Assembly: GCF_009914755.1 (NCBI RefSeq)
Contig: NC_060947.1
DNA from: the human T2T-CHM13v2.0 reference genome, Homo sapiens
Reading direction: 5' to 3' (one strand)
DNA length: 64,000 bases
Made by a program: the position numbers and the translations under genes. Below are positions 13,001-27,515 of this stretch, piece by piece. The notes under the pieces were generated by a model that worked only from the letters and a program-made list of their open reading frames with translations, was not told the DNA's origin and did not search any database. Numbering within the stretch: position 1 is the first letter of the stretch; each line of letters starts with the position of its first letter.

Positions 13001-13720
13001 ACAGTTTGGAGGTTCCTCAAAAAGCTAAAAATAGAGCTACCATATGATCCAGCAACCCCACTGCTGGGTATATACCCAAAAGAAGGGAAATCAGTATATC
13101 GAAGCGATATCTGCACTCCCATGTTTGTTGCAGCACTATTCACAATAGCCGAGATTTGGAAACAACCATCAGCAAATTAATGATTGAAGAAAATGTGGTA
13201 CATATATGCAGTGGATCAGTATTCAGCCATAAAAAACAATGAGATCCTGTTATTTGCAAAAACATGGATGGAATTGAAGGTCATTATGTTAAGTGAAATA
13301 AGTCATGCACAGAAAGACAAACATCACATGTTCTCCCTTATTTGTGGGATCTAAAAATCAAAACAATTGAACACATGGAGATAGAAAGTAGAAGAACGGT
13401 TACCAGAGGCTGGAAAGGGTAGTGAGGGTTGGGGGGAAGGTAGGGATGGTGAAAGGGTACAAAAAATATTTAGAAAGAATGAATACTGCCTAGTATTTGA
13501 TAGCCCAGCACAGCAAATATAGTCAAAATAATGTAATTGTATATTTAAAAATAACTACAAGAATATAATTGGATTGTTTGTAACACAAAGGGTAAATGCT
13601 TGAGGGAAATTGATACCCTATTTTCCATAATGTGATTATTACACATTGAATGCCTGTATCGAAATATCTCATGTACCCCATATATACCTACTATATACCC
13701 ACAAAATTAAAAAATTTAAA
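10084..13720 (+). mobile_element. L1MA (about MA2-4) with 5' UTR and 3' end but a large internal deletion
   Basis: 5' UTR start (gagcaagatagcggaatagaagcc) joined at ~11152 to distal ORF2 ([14 protein letters not shown]; IELPYDPA); TSD AAAATGAAG(G/A)ACA 10071-10083 and 13721-13733. Confidence 0.9.
12096..12722 (+). other. Polyadenylated retroposed insert made of antisense L1ME-like sequence
   Basis: AATAAA 12694-12699, A-tail from 12715, TSD AAGAAAAAAACC 12084-12095 and 12723-12734; host L1 resumes afterwards. Confidence 0.8.
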
Positions 13721-13748
13721 AAAATGAAGAACAAACCTCTTTGATCAG

Positions 13749-14201
13749 TATTTTGTGTTGAATTGTGTCCCTCAAAAAGATATGTTGAAGTCCTAATTTC
13801 CAGTAGCTCAGAATGTGACTTCATTTGGAAATAGGGTCATGCTGATGTAATTAGTTAAGATGAGGTCATGCTGGAGTAGAGTGAGTCCTTAGTCCAGTAT
13901 AATCAGCATACTTATAAGAAGACAATGTAAAGACATAGAGGAAGAGTGCCATGTGATAATAGAGGCAGACACTGGAGTTTTGCTGCTCCAAGTCAAGGAA
14001 TGCCAAGGACTACTGATGACATCAGAAGCTCAGAGAAAGACATGGAATAGATTCTCCCTTAGAGCATTTGAGAGAGCATAGTCTTGCTGACACCCTGATT
14101 TTGGACTTCTTGCCTCCAGAACTGTGAGACAATAAATATCTGTTGTTTTAAGTCACCCAGTTTGTGGTAATTTGTTATGGCAGCCCTAGGAAGCTCATAC
14201 C
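13749..14201 (+). mobile_element. MLT1B/C-like MaLR LTR
   Basis: gttgaattgtgtccctcaaaaagatatgttgaagtcctaa...ttgttatggcagccctagg; TSD ATCAG. Confidence 0.9.
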
Positions 14202-14945
14202 ATCAGTATTTAATATTTAAGGGTATAAGCACAAAGATAAAGAAATTAAATAATACCTAGAATTATAAAACAGCAGCATCACAAAAAATCATGTTTAGAT
14301 AATATTTCAAAATAGCCTTTCTCTTTACACAGATAATACACAGCTATTATTGGTGGAATTGAAGATAAGCAAAGCAAAAAGAAGGAAGAAAGGAAAGAAA
14401 TAAGAAGGAAAGAAAGAGGAATAAAAGAAGAAACTAGAGATTACCACATTTTCTGAACCCAGGGATAATCACTGTTAAATTTTGTGGAATAGCCTGCTAG
14501 CATTTCTATGCAAAATGGATAATTTTTTCCCCAAATAGAATTATACTATACACATTGGCTTTGTAACAAGTTCTTATTTTTAACACTTCATCTTAAACAC
14601 GCCATTATTTTTAACTCAGAAAAATCAATTATTTATGCTTCTAATTGAGATTCATTAAGTACTTTACAAAATGCTTCCATAGCCATTATCTTATTTGATA
14701 ATGAAGGGACATGAATGAAGACAGCTAGAGAAGAGTAGCATGTAGCTTGTTTGCCCTCAGTTGGGGAATAAAGTTTTAGGGGATAAATATTTGTTCACCA
14801 CTTGGGTTAAACTGAAGACTAGGGGAAATAATTTAATTTTTATTTACTATTATCTACTCCTTCCTTTGTCCTAAAGCTTGAGAATTAGCTGGTGGGGAGC
14901 CCAACATGATAGAAACATAGAAGATTGTGGAGTAAAAAGAATCCT

Positions 14946-15241
<296 letters not shown>

Positions 15242-15578
15242 AAAAAGAATCCTCATGCTCATTTATTGCTCATTTATTACTTACTTTACATTCCTATTAC
15301 GTGGCCATGAAAAACTGTGTAGAATGATGTAGATCGTCAACAAAAAATTGTGTAGAATGTTGTAGATCCTCAACAAAATACTAGCAAATCAAATTCAACA
15401 GCACATTGAGAGAGTCATGTACCATATTGCAGTGGGATTTATCCCTGAGTTGCAAGGATGGTTCAATTTACACAAATTAATAAATGTGACACACCACATT
15501 AATAGAACAATTTACACAAATTAATAAATGTGACACCACATTCATAGAATATTAAAATCATATGAACACTCAATAGAT

Positions 15579-15880
<302 letters not shown>

Positions 15881-17579
15881 ACAAAATTCCACATCCTTTC
15901 ATAATAAAAACTCTCAACATATTAGATATAGAAGGAATGTACCTGGACATAATTAAAGTGATATATGAGAAGGCCACAGCTAACATCACATTCAAGGTAA
16001 ACCCCTAAAATTTCTATGAAACCACTAAAGTCCCTGAATAGTCAAAGCAGTTTTGAGAAAGAACAAATGTGGAGGCACTACGCTTCCTGATTTCTAACTA
16101 TATTATAAAGCCATAGTAATCAAAACAGTATGGTCCTAGCAGAAAAACAGACCAATGGAAGAAAATAGACATCCTGGAAATAAACCCACATATATTCGAT
16201 TGACTAATCTTTGACAAGAGTGCCAAGAACATACAATGGAATAAGGTTAGTTTTTCAATAAATGGTGTTGGGACAACTGGATATCCACATGCAGAATAAA
16301 ATTAGACTCTTATACCATATGCAAAAAGCAACTCAAGATGGATTAAAGTCTTAGTTATAAGACATGAAACTGTAAAATTACTAGAAGAAAACACAGAAGA
16401 AGAGCTCCATGACATTGATCTGGGCAATTATTTTTTGGATGTGATCCCATAAGCACAGGCAACAAAATAAAAAATAGACAAATGGGATTACATAAAATTA
16501 AACAGCTTCTGCACAGCCAAGGAAACCATACACAGAGTGAAGAGATAACCCACAGAGTGGGAGAAAATATTTGTAAACTATATATCTGATAAGGGGTTAA
16601 TATATAAAATATGTAAGGAATTCACATGACTCAATAGCAAGAAAACAACCCAATTAAAAAATGGGTAAAGGATCTGAATAGACATTTTTCAAAAGAAGAC
16701 ATCCAAATGACCAAGAGGTATATGAAAAAATGCTCAACATCACTAATCATCAAGGAAATGCAAATTAAATCACAGTGACATATCACCTCATACCTGTTAG
16801 AATGGCTAGTACCAAAAAGCCAAAACAAGTGTTGGTGAAGATGTGGAGAAAAGGGAACCCTTGTACACTGTTGGTGGGGATGTGAATTGGTACAGTCATT
16901 ATGGAAAACAGTATGGAGATTCCTCAAAAAATTAAAAATAGAGATACCAGATACCGTGTGATCCAGTATTCCTACTTCTGGGTATATCTCTGAAGGAAAC
17001 AAAATTAGTATCTCAAAGAGATATCTGAATTTGCATGTTCATTGCAGTATTGTACAGAACAGCCAAGATATAGAAAAAACTTAAGTGCCTGTCAGTGGAT
17101 GAATGGATAAAGAAATTGTGATACACACACACAAAAGGAACTTCAAAAAGTTCATGAAAAATGCATATTATGAAAAGACTATGCATTGATTTCATTTTTT
17201 TTGCACCCAAATAAACTCATAATGACTTGTTATAACATATCTGAACAGAATCTGGTTTGAGGCACTAAGAAGGATAAGACATCAGTTTGAAAAGTACCCC
17301 TATCAGAGTAACATGAATTCTGCTAAAGTTGAAGAAAGAACAAACATCAAATTTATGGTAAAGCTTGGGTGGAAGAATGATGAAAATCACTGATGCTTTA
17401 CCAAAAATTTACGAGGACAATGCCCCAAAGAATTCAGCAGTTTACGAATGGATAACTCACTTTAAGAATGAGACAATGTTGAAGCCTACCGCAGCTGACT
17501 ATCCACGTTAATTTGTGAGGAAAAAGTTAATCTTGTTCATGCACTTATTGAAGAGGACTGATGATTAAGAACAGAAACA

Positions 17580-18217
<638 letters not shown>

Positions 18218-18703
18218 CTAACAGTACAGACATCTCAATTGGTTCGGCTTACACAATTCTGACTGAAAAATTAACGTTGAGTAAATGGCACTCATTTGAT
18301 GGGTGCCAAAACCATTGCACCCAGATTGACTGGCTACAAAGAAGAAAAAAGCTTTCAATGGAAATTTTAACTATGTGGGATCAAGATACTGAAGCATTTC
18401 TTGGAAGAATTATAACAGTAGATGAAACATGGCTTTACCAAAATGACCCTGAAGACAAAGCGCAATCAAAACAATGGCTACTGAAAGGGGGAAGTGGTCC
18501 AGTCAAAGCAAAAGGAGACCCGTCAAGAGCAAAGGTCATGGCAATAGTTTTTTTGGGAATGCTCAATGCATTTCCCATGTTGACTTTCTGAAGGGCCAAA
18601 GAATGATAACATCTGCTTATTATGAGGGTGTTTTGAGAAAGTTAGCCATAGCATGAGCAGACAAATGCCCAGGAAAACTTCATCAGAGTGTTTTCCACCA
18701 TGA

Positions 18704-19046
<343 letters not shown>

Positions 19047-19924
19047 TTGTGCGAGTTTTGATGGGAAATCATTAGGCATCCATCTTACAGTCATGATTTG
19101 GCTGACTTTCCTTCTGACTTCTTTTTGTTTCCTAATCTTAAAAAAATCTGTAAAGGGCCACCATTTTTTCTTCAGTTAATAATGTAAATAAGACTGCATT
19201 GACCCGGTTAAATCCCCAGGATAATCAGTTTCTTAGGGATGGACTAAATGACTGGTGTCAACACTTACAAAAGTGTCTTGAACTTGATGGAGCTTATGTT
19301 GAGAAATAAAGTTTATATTTTTAGTTATTATCTTTAAATTCCATTTTCCATGAACTTTTTGAAGTCCCCTTATATACACATATACACACATGTTTATAAT
19401 GTAATATTCAGCCACATAAAAAGAAGGAAATCCTGTCATTTGTGCCAGCACAGAATGGTTGAACCTGGAGGGCATTGTCCTAAGTGAAATAAGCCAGGCA
19501 GAGGAAGACAGATACTGTATGGTAACAGTTATATGTGAACTCTAAAAAATATGAGTTGAACTGATAGAAACAGAAAGCAGAGTGGTGGTTGCCAGGGTCT
19601 GGGGTGGGGGAAATAGAGCTATGTTGGCCAAAGAATACACAATTTCAGTTATAAGATGAGTAACTTCTGGGTATCTAAAGTATAGATATTAATTGTATTA
19701 GTAGTTAATAGTACTGTATTGTATACTTGAAATTTTGTGAGAGGGTAGAATGTAAGCATTCTCACAAAAAAGGCAAATATATGAGGTGATGGATATATTT
19801 ATTAACTTGATCACGGTACTCACGTCAAATCATCATGTTGTATTCTTTAAATGTATACAATTTTATTTGCAATTATACCTCAATAGAGTTGAAAACAAGC
19901 AAACAAACAAAGGAAAAACCAAAA

Positions 19925-20070
19925 GATTTGCACCTCAGTCCCACCACCTGCTTACCATGTGACCTTGTGCAAGTCACTTCTCCGTTCTGGGCCTTGATTC
20001 TTGATCTGTAGAATAAAGATGATGGTACTTTAAAAAGTCATTGTATAGATTAAGATTCAATGATATGGGA
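19925..20070 (+). mobile_element. MIR
   Basis: tgtgaccttgtgcaagtcacttctccgttctgggcc. Confidence 0.7.
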
Positions 20071-20539
20071 AAACATTCATTGTATATTAAACAAAAATCA
20101 GATTATAAGAATGTATCTACCATAGGACCCCAATTTTAGAAAGCAAAATATATGTATATATGTACATGGAGAAAAAGATTGGAAAAATCTACCTGAAAAT
20201 GTCAACAGTGCTTATATTTGGGTTTTCGAATTGCAGTTACTTTTTAAAAAGCTATATAAAATAAGGACTTAGGGGATAGTTGCTGAATTCTAAAGAGGTG
20301 AAGTTGTTTCAGGAATGGACCAAAAACACCAGTATTCTATATTTGCACAACACTTTGGCTAACAGATTAAATATACAGTTGGTGGGTTTGGGAGCAGCAG
20401 TCTAACTTAAGTCATCTGAGTAGAGTGATCTTTCTTCTATGCCATGCAATAATGAAGAGTAAACGTCAAACTGTAGTGGGCAAAAATGACAGGTAATGTG
20501 AAAGAAAGAAATGGGGTCTAAATAAAAAAAATATTGTTT

Positions 20540-20870
20540 ATATTCATCCGTTCAACCAATATTTATACCCCCACTATGTGCCTAGTATTGTGCTGGATGC
20601 TGGAGTGGTTATGAAGGAAATAAAATACATACTTAGTAGTTTACAGGCCAAGTAAGGAAGCAAAGCATGGGCATGTGAGTAAATTAGTCCCCTAGCTGTC
20701 TGGCTTATATCTCACAACACTCATCTATCTTATGAGGACTTATTTGATGTGTGTCTTCCCATGAAGACTGTAACTTCCCTGAGAATGAGATATATGTGTA
20801 TCTCATTTTTCTTAGTATCTTCTGAGCCTGCCTCTCTGATGTTGGCAGGCAATAAATAGTTGAATGAACA
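20540..20870. mobile_element. Two opposed L2 3'-end fragments
   Basis: ttcatccgttcaaccaatatttat (minus) and aataaatagttgaatgaa (plus). Confidence 0.6.
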
Positions 20871-21416
20871 GGCAACAATGTGAGAGTTTAGGAAGGAGAA
20901 CAATGCAGGCTGAAGTGGATAGAGAAGGCCTAAAGGAGAGATGGAACTTGGACCAGGTCTGAAACATGGCTGATGTGATTAGGAAGGAGGGATTTTGAAG
21001 ATTGGAATGGAAGGAATAGAAGGAAACGACTTGCTAGACTCAGATGGAAAAATGAAGAGTCCAAATGAGTGACCTTTGAGTTCTGGGTAATGAGAAGGGA
21101 AAACATGGTTATAAAAGATTAGCCAAAGGAAAGGGAAAGCAGGATTTAATAGAAAAAAATATTAGTGTGCCTGAAGAAAATATATTATGGATTTTCTTAG
21201 AAAGGAAAAAAATGAAGAAATAGTCAACATTGTGACTGATTTCTTTAGGAAAGCTTATTGTATGAGTCATATTATTTGAAGAGTAAAATTATAAAGGCAT
21301 TTATAGTCAGTGCTTTTTAAAGTTCCAGAATATTTGAAGTATCAGATGTTCATTGTTTTTTTTAGCTGTCAATAATAAAGAGTAAATCAACTACATAATT
21401 AATAATGATGTTTTCT

Positions 21417-21710
21417 CATTCTCAGCAAACTGTCGCAAGGACGAAAAACCAAACACCGCACGTTCTCACTCATAGGTGGGAATTGAACAATGAGAACACT
21501 TGGACACAGGAAGGGGAACATCACACACCGGGGCCTGTTGTGGGGTGGGGGGAGGGGGGAGGGATAACATTAGGAGATATACCTAATGTTAAATGACAAG
21601 TTAATGGGTGCAGCACACCAACATGGCACATGTATACATATGTAACAAACCTGCACATTGTGCACATGTACCCTAGAACTTAAAGTGTAATAAAAAATAT
21701 ATATATATAA
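21417..21710 (+). mobile_element. Short 5'-truncated L1PA (about PA3-5) 3' end
   Basis: Canonical L1PA 3' UTR with G-tract; perfect 20-bp TSD AATTAATAATGATGTTTTCT 21397-21416 and 21711-21730. Confidence 0.96.
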
Positions 21711-21730
21711 AATTAATAATGATGTTTTCT

Positions 21731-21945
21731 AATGGCTAGGCATTGTTGTGAGTGATTCAATAAGTGATTTTTATCCCCTCAATAATTCTATTGTTATTCT
21801 CATTTTACATTTGAGGAAACTGAGGCACAAAAAGTTTTGAATAACTTGCCTGTGGTTACACAACTGGTAAGGAGCAGACCTAGGATTTGAATTTGGCCAA
21901 TATGGCTTCAGAACCTGCAAGTCTAACCTCTGAATTAGGCCTCTA
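21731..21945 (-). mobile_element. MIR
   Basis: cattttacatttgaggaaactgaggcaca core. Confidence 0.8.
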
Positions 21946-22166
21946 TTTATATTGTGCCTAAATGATGAATGGGTAGTAGCAGAAACTGTAATCACTAATT
22001 TTAATTTAAAATATATTTAAATCAGGTATGTGAATTTGAAAAGGCAAGAAGGACAGCCAGGAGAGTTGAAGAGTGGATAAATATATTAAGACAGGATGGT
22101 ATACAAAATGATGGTGGAGGTTTTTATGTGAAATAACTTGTGTTCATCCTTGCATATTGCTTAGGG

Positions 22167-23002
22167 CAGCACTGTCTAATAGAAATATAATGCAAAGCAC
22201 ATATGTAATTTAAATTTTGTAGTACCCACATTAAAAAAGAAACAGGTGAAATAACTTGATAATATATCTTATTTAACCAAATGCATCAAAAATGTTTTCA
22301 TTGTAACATGTAATCAATACACAAATTATTTTTTTCAAACTTTTATTAATTTATTCAAACCAGCAAACAATTAACTATTGAATACATATTACGTGCCAGG
22401 CATGTTCTCTGCACAGTCAATAAAATAGTTAGAAAAACAGAAAAAAACTCAATGCATTCAAAAAGCTTACATGGTAAATTTAAAAATAACCACATTTAAT
22501 ATGTTAAATATGTTGAATGTTATTTGGTGGAGGTTGCAGAGAAAAATAAAGCATAATAGATGATAAAGATGAGGTGTTATAATTTTAGGTCGAGTGAATA
22601 AGGAAATATTTGTTGGAGAGGTAATATTTGAATAAACACTTGAAAGAAGTGAGCAAACAAGTCATAGAGATACCAGGTAGAAAAGCCTTACAGGAAGAAT
22701 GAGATGAAATATATATGTGTTCAGATGGAAGTGTGCCTGGCAATATTCAAGGAATATTAAGAAGTCCATTGTGGCTGGAAGGGGGTGAGCCTGGAAGAGA
22801 TGGTAGGAGTAAACTTTTTGTAAATCATTGAATACGCAAATTACTAATGAGTTATTTTATATTCTTCATTCTAAATCTTCAAAATCTGGTGTGTATTTTA
22901 TGCTTAAAGTACATCTCGATTCAGACTGGCCACATTTCATGTGCTTGATAGCCACATGTAGTTGGTGACCGTAGCTGCTGGCTGTCATATTGGACAGCAT
23001 GA
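22167..23002. mobile_element. MER33 (hAT-Charlie MITE), split by an insert
   Basis: cagcactgtctaatagaaatataatgc...atattggacagca termini. Confidence 0.85.
22329..22830 (-). mobile_element. L2a 3' fragment carrying an A-tail and a 13-bp TSD
   Basis: ttattc...aactattgaatacatattacgtgccaggc L2 end; TSD AATAC(A/G)CAAATTA 22316-22328 and 22831-22843. Confidence 0.8.
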
Positions 23003-23916
23003 GCTCAACAGACTAAATGTCATAGAAGTGACCTTATTTTTTATGTTTCCATGCATTTTTAGAGTTTCTTTGCCTTTTTTTGCATGTACATCATACACTG
23101 TCATTTAGTTTGGCTAAAAGATTTGATGGGCCTATTCCAATGCCTTATGAAGCCTGTTGTGTTAACAGCAGAGTCCAGGAATTCTGGGCTTCCTGCTGGT
23201 TTTGAAATTGTATAAATTTTGATTTTTCTATACAGTGAATCTGATCTTTTTTTTTTATGGATCACTCTTTTAGAGTGTAGGCAGATGAATTGCTGAGTAC
23301 TCTTTATTTTGTTTCAGAGCCTCTGCTTTCTTTCTTGCAAAAGGAGCCCATTTGGGCTAATGAGCTGAATTCACTAGTTGTTTTCTTTTCTTCTACAAAA
23401 CACCTTAAAATCTAATTCTACTCTCAGAAGAATTTCAGCAATATCCACTTCTCTCTTGATAGGTTCTCTATATAATTAACCTTTTTTCACTAAGCCTGAG
23501 GGATTCTTATTTGTGGAGCAATTATTTTCTCCAAAGCTGTTACACTTCTGTGGTGTCTATTTGCCAGAAGTTAGACTGAAGTGCACTTAGTGACTTAAAA
23601 CTGAAATGAGAGCAATGGCATGCAGTAGTGATAGAAATGGATTATTGAAATAAAGTGGAAATCCATGAGCATTGTATTTATGTCCTATAATTCTATTAGC
23701 CACTAACTCAACGTGAAATGCAGATTTATTGTAAATACATTTAAAATATGTATTAGATATTATATACATGTATTTATATTCATGAAGATAGACATAAAGA
23801 AGTATACATAAAGATAACCTAATAATTATATTTCTTCATTTGAACTTTAGGAAGTTTTTGGTAATTGGAAGCATTTGAGGTGGTCAACCGGGTTAAACAA
23901 CTTAATGAGAAGCTAA

Positions 23917-24263
<347 letters not shown>

Positions 24264-25896
24264 CAAGACTTTTCTTACTAATAGTTTATTTTGTTGCAAT
24301 GAGTGGTATTGACGTGAGAAGAAATAGTAGCAATATCTTGGTGAGACAAGATGCAGGTTTTGCTTTGTCTATTAGCTACTATAATAACTAGATTGTTATC
24401 CCAAGGGAGTTAAAAATGCATGGTTCTCATAGGAAGTGACCATGGGTAGCCAGAAACAGTTTTTGGGATATCCTAACCCTCCCTCACTGAATTTACACAG
24501 AGTTTTGGGGTTAATCTTGCTACCCACTGGATGTCACTGTTGCTGCACCAAAAATGTCAAGTATTTGAGCATTTTTTCAGTCCCCCAAAAGGCACACAAG
24601 GAAGCTTCAATTAGGAATATCAGTGACAATGCTGTGAGATGGAATAGAGAAGACCAATAGCTAGGTTTCTGGGTTGATAATTAAAATGTTGGTCTGTATC
24701 ATTCTTGATTTTCGCAATGACAGTCAATGAAATACTTTCATGTTGAGACTAGAGACTTGTGGAGTGACCCAGAGCTGTCTTTGATATCACGTTGGTGTTT
24801 TCATCATTTTGAAGTGGGGCAGATGTTTTTACATCTGTTGCTTCTTGTCCCAATGAGGGTTGAAAGGAGTCTTGCTTGATTGAGTCCCCTTAGATGAGGA
24901 ATATGGAAATTGTATTTTTTAACCTTGGTGTGACTTGACTGCTAAATAACAAGTAGAATAAAATATCTTTCTTTTGATGGTTTGTGAAAGTTTTCTGCTT
25001 CAGTGGTATGGAATTCATCTATATTAGAGCTGTCAAATCTTCTCAAGAATTAAGAATACAATTTTTGTTATTTCTCATTTGTTTACCTCTGGTCAGTTGA
25101 AATGCTATTACTTATTGGTATATAATAGACATGCGAAAGCATTGGATTCACAAAAGAGTTATGATCCTTGAAGTTTATTTATAGTTTTGAAAGAATTCGA
25201 AACATAGGAGAAGATTTGGACTTAAAATATTAGAACTGGAAATTAATATGCTTACCTTTATGTCATAAGATGATCTTGCCTGTCTAGTGTTGACATTATT
25301 TAGCTTTCTAACATGTGCCATATTTAAATGATTCAGGGAGAAAATATTATGTTTTCTGCTAAACTCTGTGAGAACAAGTTCATTTTTTCTTATACTTTCC
25401 AACATCTCCAGTGCTCAGCATGGTGTTGATGGTACAGTAGGTATTCAGTAATGTTGGTTGGACTGGATTTGACAGTATCCTAAGTGAGGGGCTGTTAAGA
25501 TGAACTAGTAAGATGTCTCTTGTAGCTTTAGGGAGTTTATGATCTAGATGAGGAGAAGGCATACTGACAACAAACAGTAGAAAAACTCTTTAATGGCAAT
25601 ACCGGTCATAAGATCACTTTGATGTCTACTTCATTATAGAACTTACCTGTATGTCGGGCGGGGGGCGGTCACAGAATGTTATAATTTAAAGAGAAACAAT
25701 ATTTTGAGAGGTAACCCTGGATAAAAGTATCATATTCATCTGTTTTAAAATACGTAAAATATTTTAAAATATTTTCTTTATGTAGGATTTAAAGTTTTAG
25801 AACTTGTTTTTCTCTCCTCTTTTGAAACATGTAGGCTTTTAAATTTATTATCTTTGCATGACTATTTGAAATTCCAAGTGGAGAGATGACTCACTT

Positions 25897-26064
25897 AAGA
25901 TCTCGCTACTCAGAGGAAAGTCTGCAGACAGCAGCATGGGCATTACTTGAGGCTTGCTAGAAGTGCAGAATTTCAGTCCCCATCTCAGACCTACTGAATC
26001 AGAATCTGCATTGTAACAACATCTCTAGGTGGTTCAAATGCTTATTAATATTTGAGAGGCACTG
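25897..26064. mobile_element. MER5 (A/B) hAT-Charlie MITE
   Basis: cagacctactgaatcagaatctgcatt...tttgagaggcactg. Confidence 0.85.
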
Positions 26065-27399
26065 ATTTAGGGTATCTGTTATGTTAGCAATAGGTTAAGG
26101 AAATGTGGAGGCCTTTGTCTACAAGGAAACAGAGGTTTATTGTCAGAATAGTAAATCCTTACTATGCTGTTTACTAGAGAATGATTAATGAAGGGAAATA
26201 GTAGAAATATTGTGAGTGAAATTCTTATGAAGCAGTTTGGAAAAGGCTCACGGGCACATTGAGGGAACCATTCTGAATTGGCCAATAAATAAAAAAAGTG
26301 AACAAGTCCAGACTGAGGCTTGCCCCTCTCCAGCTGCTTAATTTCCATAGGGACGCTGCTCCATTGATTCTCTAAGATCAAATGAGCCTTGGTGATTTTT
26401 CCTTCTCTCTCCCCACCCCCCAACCCTTGGGGCAAGAATAGCTAGAGTTTTGCTTCATTGCCAGAAACTTCTCTGGGAAAAGAGGTTGCTCACTTTGTAT
26501 AATAATACTTTACAACTTAACCCACCTCCTCCCACAGATTACTTCCATAATGAGAAGAAGACCAAGGACCTGTGGATTCTGCAGAACCTTTGCTTGACAA
26601 GATGCCTGTGGATGGTGATGCACAGATGGGCTGGGATGAGCTTAATTCATTATTGCACACACACTACAGCTTTGTTTATTATTAATGACACGGCAGACAT
26701 TTTCCTTAGCTCTGGAACTGAATAAAGCAATAACCCCACCATAAGGGAGACAGGAATTGGAAGATAATAAATATTTATCACCAAATCTCTCACTTTCCTA
26801 GCAACCACAAATGGAGGAGGAAATGAACTCCTAATTTTTTTGAGAGCCAGTGCCAGGAAAACAAAAGCTTAAAAAAATTTCATTAATCAAGCAGATTGAT
26901 TGCTGTGGTTCTAGAAATCTCAATACAGTTTTTTAATAGAAGGAGATGCAACGATTGAGCACAGTTGAGACATTCTTTGAGATCTGCATTATTGGACAGA
27001 TGCCACTTGCAAAAATGAGTATCATCTATCAGGATTATTAAGTAATACAGTCTGGTGGGTCTTTTCACAGGGCAGTATTATTTTGCTTGTTTTCCTGGAC
27101 TAAATACACAGTACAGCAACAAAGCCATAAAACTGCATTGTCTCACACAGGAAGTTGAGTTCATTTCAGGGAACTTACTAACGTACTAGACTTGTGTTTT
27201 AAAGATTATGTGTAAATAGAGATGTGTTTTGTACATAATATATGACTTTTTCTGGTACAGGACAGTGATGTTGAAGGAGTCCAAGGTCTTCTAACTCTGT
27301 CAGAAGAAAGACTCAGCTTCTCCAGGGCCGGGAGCGAATTTCCTCAATTTGTGCATTTCATTGCCATCATATAATGCTAAAGAGGAAAAGACACAACTA

Positions 27400-27515
27400 A
27401 TATGGGTTTCTAGTCCTATCACTGTAACTGATAATCAGTGTGACTTTGAGCAAGTTGTTCTGCTCCTCTGAGCCTCAGTTTCCTCATTTGATAAATGATG
27501 GGATTGAAAATGGGG
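27400..27515 (+). mobile_element. MIR
   Basis: gtgtgactttgagcaagtt...ctctgagcctcagtttcctcatt. Confidence 0.8.

Noticed and set aside
11985-13180. L1 ORF2-like peptides
   Set aside because: Fragmented, frameshifted remnants of a dead L1; not a gene.
18277-18591. 104-aa transposase ORF as a domesticated gene
   Set aside because: Covers only the first catalytic Asp, TTG start, frameshifted, flanked by Alu disruptions.
25653-25670. GC box gggcggggggcgg as a promoter
   Set aside because: Isolated motif with no CpG island or other promoter context.
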